DNA of 64,000 bases from an uncultured candidatus Porisulfidus sp. GTDB taxonomy: Bacteria > Pseudomonadota > Gammaproteobacteria > Poriferisulfidales > Poriferisulfidaceae. Position 1 is the stretch's first letter; every line of letters begins with the position of its first letter. The notes beneath the pieces were generated by a model. It ran no database searches and was not told the DNA's origin. It was given only the letters and a program-made list of their open reading frames with translations. A program made the position numbers and the translations under genes. Where the stretch lies: the NCBI GenBank assembly GCA_965199755.1, contig CBDASZ010000001.1, positions 326,178 through 390,177 of the forward strand, given 5' to 3'. This document shows positions 59,849 through 64,000 of the stretch, piece by piece.

Positions 59849-60627
59849 TCAAGCATATCTTCAAGTGGGCTTGATGCGTGCGCGATCTCATGTCGCGGCA
59901 TGCGCCCAGCGCGCCAAGCCAGACGTCCGGCTTCCACGGCCAGACGCATGGCGTGCGCCATGCGCACCGGCTCCTTCGCCGCAGCAATAGCGGTGTTCAT
60001 CAGTACGCCGTCGCAGCCCAACTCCATGGCAATGGCCGCATCTGAGGCGGTGCCGACGCCAGCATCAACCAAAATGGGTGTTGTGGCCTGTTCCAGAATG
60101 ATGCGCAGGTTGTCAGGGTTGCGGATGCCGCGCCCGGAACCGATTGGCGCGGCCAGCGGCATGACAGCGATACAGCCGGCTTCCGCCAGTTGTCGCGCGA
60201 TGACCGGATCGTCATTGGTGTAAGCCATCACCTCGAAGCCTTCCGCGACCAGCACTTCCGCAGCGCTCAAGGTCTGCGCGACATCGGGATACAGCAGCCG
60301 CTCATCGCCCAGCACTTCAAGCTTGACCAGCGTATGGTCGTCCAGCAATTCCCGGGCCAGACGGCAGACGCGCAAGGCATCTTCGGCGCTGTAGCAGCCG
60401 GCGGTGTTCGGCAATATGGTGTATTCCTGCGGAGGAATCACATCCAGCAGATTGGGCGCATCGGGGTCTTGGCCGATGTTGGTGCGGCGCAAGGCGACCG
60501 TCACGATTTCAGCGCCGGAGGCTTCAATCGCTTCGCGCGTCTGCTCCAGATCCCGATACTTGCCGGTGCCGACCAGCAATCGTGAGCGATAGTCGCGCCC
60601 GGCGAGGCGTAAGACGTCGTCAGTCAT
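59845..60627 (-). CDS. thiG: thiazole synthase
   Basis: [43 protein letters not shown]...[15 protein letters not shown]. Confidence 0.9.
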   Translation of the reverse strand: MTDDVLRLAGRDYRSRLLVGTGKYRDLEQTREAIEASGAEIVTVALRRTNIGQDPDAPNLLDVIPPQEYTILPNTAGCYSAEDALRVCRLARELLDDHTLVKLEVLGDERLLYPDVAQTLSAAEVLVAEGFEVMAYTNDDPVIARQLAEAGCIAVMPLAAPIGSGRGIRNPDNLRIILEQATTPILVDAGVGTASDAAIAMELGCDGVLMNTAIAAAKEPVRMAHAMRLAVEAGRLAWRAGRMPRHEIAHASSPLEDMLE

Positions 60628-60629
60628 GT

Positions 60630-60827
60630 TCAGCCGCCACCGATGGCGCGCACCACTTCTACGCGATCGCCATCCTGCAACTGATGTTCCGACCAGCGCG
60701 AGCGCGGGATGACGCGGCGGTTGACTTCCACCGCCAGACGTCCTTGCAGTTTCAGGCAGTCGACCATCTGCGGAATCGTCGCGGCATCAGGCAACGTCTG
60801 GAGTTGGCCGTTGACGGTCAGTTGCAT
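60630..60827 (-). CDS. thiS: sulfur carrier protein ThiS
   Basis: [12 protein letters not shown]...[11 protein letters not shown] (C-terminal GG). Confidence 0.8.
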   Translation of the reverse strand: MQLTVNGQLQTLPDAATIPQMVDCLKLQGRLAVEVNRRVIPRSRWSEHQLQDGDRVEVVRAIGGG

Positions 60828-60833
60828 GGGTCT

Positions 60834-61229
60834 TCAGCTCAACTGCTCCATGAGTTTCTCGACGCTAAAGGTGCCGTACACCATCTTCAGATTGCCGCCT
60901 TCGACCACGATGTAATCGCACCCGCGCACGACCACGGGCTTGCCGGTCGCGGCCATCTCTCCCAACGGTCCTTGATGTGTGCCGAACAGCAACCACGGCA
61001 CCGCGATCTGTCCAATGCTGGTGGGGGACTGGGAGATCAATTCCAGTTTGAGATCGGGGAAGGCACCAAACAGACCCTCCGCATACTCACCAATGGCCGC
61101 ACCTGTCAGCGGGCCGCCGGTGACCGGATCTTCGTAACTGCCGTCCTCGGCGTAGACGTCCATAACCGCCTGAGGGTCATGCGCATCCCAAGCGTCGAAA
61201 TAGGCTCGGATAACTTCTTCAGGGTTCAT
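60834..61229 (-). CDS. SnoaL-like / NTF2-fold protein
   Basis: MNPEEVIRAYFDAWDAHDPQAVMDVYAEDGSYEDPVTGGPLTG... typical SnoaL_2-like opening. Confidence 0.5.
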   Translation of the reverse strand: MNPEEVIRAYFDAWDAHDPQAVMDVYAEDGSYEDPVTGGPLTGAAIGEYAEGLFGAFPDLKLELISQSPTSIGQIAVPWLLFGTHQGPLGEMAATGKPVVVRGCDYIVVEGGNLKMVYGTFSVEKLMEQLS

Positions 61230-61238
61230 GCTGTGACC

Positions 61239-62528
61239 TCACGTTGCGATGTTTAATGCTTGGTCAAGATCGGCAATGATGTCATTGATATCTTCAATGC
61301 CGACAGATAACCGGATGACTTCTGGGCCTGCGCCAGCGGCGATTTTTTGCTCATCGCTGAGCTGTCGATGTGTGGTGGAGGCAGGATGCACGATAAGCGA
61401 GCGAGTATCGCCAATGTTGGCGAGGTGCGAGAACAAGGCCACATTTTCCACCACTTTGACGCCGGCCTCATAACCGCCGTCGACGCCGAACGTGAATACT
61501 GCGCCGGCTCCCTCAGGGCAGTAGCGCTGCGCCCGCTCATAGTAGGGGTCTTGCGGCAAGCCAGCGTAGGATACCCAGGCGACCTTCTCGTGCTGCTGCA
61601 GCCATTCGGCGGTGGCTTGCGCGTTGGCGCAATGCTGACGCACACGCAAGGGTAGCGTTTCCAGCCCCGTCATGGTGAGCGCCGCGTTCATGGGCGACAT
61701 GGTAGGACCAAGATCGCGCAGGCTCACGGCAATGGAGTAGAAGGTATAGGCGAGTGGGCCGAACTTGTCGGTGAAAGAGTCGCCGTGGTAGGCCGGGTTG
61801 GGGTCGGTCAGATGCGGGAATTTACCGCTGGCGTCCCAATCGAACGTCCCGGAGTCAATCACCACGCCACCGACGGCATTGCCGTGCCCGGACAGAAACT
61901 TGGTGGTGGAGTGCACCACCAGATCAGCACCATGCTCAATCGGCCGGCACAGCACCGGGGTCGCTAGCGTGTTGTCGATAATCAGCGGAATATCGTGGTC
62001 GTGCGCAATATCTGCCAGCGCTTGAATGTCGCACATAATGCCGCCAGGATTGGCCAGACTTTCGCTGAAAATCGCACGGGTGCGCTCATTGCACGCATCC
62101 CGCACCGCATCCAGATCATCCGGGTCCACAAAGCGCACGGTCCAGCCGAAGCGCGCGAAGGCATGGCCGAATTGGGTGATGGAGCCGCCGTACAGTTTGT
62201 TGGAGGCGACGAACTCATCGCCGGTGCGCATCAAACCGAACAGAGTCAGCATTTGCGCGGCATGGCCGGAGGCGGAGCAGACCGCGCCGACACCGCCTTC
62301 CAGATCCGCCAGTCGGCTTTGCAGGGTATGGACGGTGGGATTGGTGAGGCGCGAGTAGATAAACCCGGTCTCATCAAGATTAAACAGATTGGCGGCGTGT
62401 TCGACGTCGCGAAACACAAACGCTACCGACTGATGAATCGGCGGTATGCGCGCCCCCGTAGTCGGATCCGGCTCGGTGCCGGCGTGAATGGCGCGGGTGC
62501 TGAGTCTTTGGGCTTTGGATTCGCTCAC
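61239..62528 (-). CDS. metY: O-acetylhomoserine/O-succinylhomoserine sulfhydrylase (PLP, Cys/Met metabolism family)
   Basis: LSTRAIHAGTEPDPTTGARIPPIHQSVAFVF...STTKFLSGHGNAVGGVVI (PLP-Lys). GTG start at 62528 with AAGGACA RBS preferred over table start 62753, which overlaps the upstream gene. Confidence 0.8.
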   Translation of the reverse strand: MSESKAQRLSTRAIHAGTEPDPTTGARIPPIHQSVAFVFRDVEHAANLFNLDETGFIYSRLTNPTVHTLQSRLADLEGGVGAVCSASGHAAQMLTLFGLMRTGDEFVASNKLYGGSITQFGHAFARFGWTVRFVDPDDLDAVRDACNERTRAIFSESLANPGGIMCDIQALADIAHDHDIPLIIDNTLATPVLCRPIEHGADLVVHSTTKFLSGHGNAVGGVVIDSGTFDWDASGKFPHLTDPNPAYHGDSFTDKFGPLAYTFYSIAVSLRDLGPTMSPMNAALTMTGLETLPLRVRQHCANAQATAEWLQQHEKVAWVSYAGLPQDPYYERAQRYCPEGAGAVFTFGVDGGYEAGVKVVENVALFSHLANIGDTRSLIVHPASTTHRQLSDEQKIAAGAGPEVIRLSVGIEDINDIIADLDQALNIAT

Positions 62529-62541
62529 GGGGGTGTCCTTA

Positions 62542-63078
62542 TTATGTATATTCGCTTTGGAAGCGATTTTTGTTATCGACGTAATGCGCTGCCGAATACC
62601 GCAGGTATTCCAGTTCTGCATCGTTAAGTTCACGGAGTTTGCGGGCCGGACTGCCGACCCACAGGCAGCCGCCGTCGAGGGTTTTCCCGGGCGGCACCAG
62701 ACAACCGGCACCGATGATGGTGTCCGCGCTGATGACCGAGCCGTCCAGCACAATCGCGCCCATGCCGATCAGGCAGCGGTCGCCGATCTCGCAGGCATGA
62801 ATGACGGCGCTATGACCGACCGTGACCTCATCGCCAATGGTGGTGCCGAAACCGCCGGGGGTATAGTCGCAGTCGTGGGTGACATGCACCACGCTGCCGT
62901 CCTGAATATTGGTGCGCGCACCGATGCGGATCAAATGCACGTCGCCGCGAATGACCGTCATTGGCCAGACCGAACTGTCTTCACCGAGGTGCACATCGCC
63001 GAGTACCAGTGCCTGATCGTCAACGTAGGCGGAGTCGGCGATGACGGGTGTATGCCCTTCAAACGTACGAACAGCCAT
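62542..63078 (-). CDS. gamma-carbonic anhydrase family / hexapeptide-repeat protein
   Basis: Left-handed beta-helix hexapeptide repeats with metal His (VIRGDVHLIRIGARTNIQDGSVVHVTHD). Confidence 0.75.
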   Translation of the reverse strand: MAVRTFEGHTPVIADSAYVDDQALVLGDVHLGEDSSVWPMTVIRGDVHLIRIGARTNIQDGSVVHVTHDCDYTPGGFGTTIGDEVTVGHSAVIHACEIGDRCLIGMGAIVLDGSVISADTIIGAGCLVPPGKTLDGGCLWVGSPARKLRELNDAELEYLRYSAAHYVDNKNRFQSEYT

Positions 63079-63111
63079 GGTGTTAGTGCAGGGCGATCGA
63101 GGCGGGTGGTG

Positions 63112-64000
63112 TTACGCGGCGTTTTGGCCGTAATGTTCTTGCACGTAGTCGTCGAGCATCTGGCGGAAATCCTCGGCGATAGTGTCGCCGCGCAAGGTGC
63201 GCACGCGTTCGCCGTCAACATACACTGGGGCACCCGGATTCTCGCGCGAGCCTGGCAGGCTGATGCCAATGTTGGCGTGTCGGCTTTCGCCCGGTCCGTT
63301 GACCACGCAGCCCATCACCGCGACAGTCATATTGGCGACGCCCGGATACTGCTTGCGCCACTGCGGCATGTCGTCGGCAATGGCCTGTTCAATATCCCGC
63401 GCCAGTCGGCGGAAGAAATCGCTGCTGGTACGCCCACAGCCCGGACAAGCCGTGACAGAAGGCGTGAAATGCCGCAGATTCAAGCTTTGCAGCAGATCAC
63501 ACAGCACCCGGACTTCATCGGCGCGATCGCCTCCGGGCAGTGGTGTGAGCGAGGCGCGCAGCGTGTCGCCGACGCCCTGTTGCAACAGCAAAGTTAAGGC
63601 GCTGGTGGTGGCCACGATCGCACGTCGGCCCATGCCGGCTTCAGTCAGGCCCAGATGCAGGGGATAGTCGCATAATCTGGCCAGTTCCAGATAGGTGTTG
63701 ACCAAAGGCTCGATGCGGCTGAGTTTGACCGACAGGATGATGGCGTCATGCGGCAGTCCGATCTGCTCCGCCATTTCCGCGCTGCGTAAGGCGGATTGCA
63801 CCATCGCCTCTTGCTGGACCTGCATTGAATCGAGCGGGTTCTCGCGCTTGGCGTTCTCATCCATCAGTTCGGCCAGAAGCACCGGGTCAAGACTGCCCCA
63901 GTTGACGCCGATGCGCACGGGTTTCTCGTGCTCGCAGGCCAGTTCAATGAACTGGGTGAAGTGCGGGTCGCGCGCCTTGCCGCGCCCGACATTGCCCGGA
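63112..64000 (-). CDS. ispG: 4-hydroxy-3-methylbut-2-en-1-yl diphosphate synthase (flavodoxin), N-terminus beyond window
   Basis: ...[36 protein letters not shown]...[14 protein letters not shown]...[11 protein letters not shown]; reading frame continues to window end. Confidence 0.85.
   Translation of the reverse strand, partial: PGNVGRGKARDPHFTQFIELACEHEKPVRIGVNWGSLDPVLLAELMDENAKRENPLDSMQVQQEAMVQSALRSAEMAEQIGLPHDAIILSVKLSRIEPLVNTYLELARLCDYPLHLGLTEAGMGRRAIVATTSALTLLLQQGVGDTLRASLTPLPGGDRADEVRVLCDLLQSLNLRHFTPSVTACPGCGRTSSDFFRRLARDIEQAIADDMPQWRKQYPGVANMTVAVMGCVVNGPGESRHANIGISLPGSRENPGAPVYVDGERVRTLRGDTIAEDFRQMLDDYVQEHYGQNAA

Noticed and set aside
62488-63597. 369-aa plus-strand ORF across gamma-CA/ispG
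   Set aside because: Antisense to hexapeptide-repeat protein and IspG with clear motifs.

Overview
GC-rich (~60%+) proteobacterial chromosomal window, gene content consistent with a methylotroph or C1-sulfur-compound utilizer. Mostly conserved housekeeping operons. Minus strand: truA-trpF-trpB-trpA; hisB-hisH-hisA-hisF-hisE-tatA-tatB-tatC-gmk; ispG-gamma-CA-metY-snoaL-thiS-thiG-trmB. Plus strand: tkt-gap-pgk-pyk-fba(class I)-ferredoxin/FNR oxidoreductase; gltB; dnaG; folP; tsaC-trpS-scpA-scpB-rluB. Also photolyase, NAD(P)-dependent methylene-H4MPT dehydrogenase (mtdA-like), a TonB-dependent receptor, two tandem OprO/P-type porins, a NarL-type two-component pair, tRNA-Arg(CCG), ppk2. Most notable loci: (i) a long minus-strand cluster mtoX(SBP56 methanethiol oxidase)-SCO1/senC-mauG/ccp-tlpA-fdsGB-fdsA, linking methanethiol oxidation, Cu-enzyme maturation, peroxide removal and formate oxidation; (ii) an A+T-richer, translationally coupled three-gene cassette (small DPPY methyltransferase, a PD-(D/E)xK nuclease-like ORF, an HsdR_N/MmeI-N-terminal-like nuclease domain ORF) whose last ORF is joined to a downstream coiled-coil ORF across an A AAA AAA slippery heptamer - candidate novel R-M-like/defense module; (iii) a ~3.3 kb inverted duplication of a porin gene with hypervariable loop segments, mirrored terminators and multiple frame disruptions in both copies; (iv) a decayed higBA toxin-antitoxin remnant; (v) a stand-alone NYN-domain RNase in a low-GC islet. 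No CRISPR array, no transposase/integrase, no rRNA seen.
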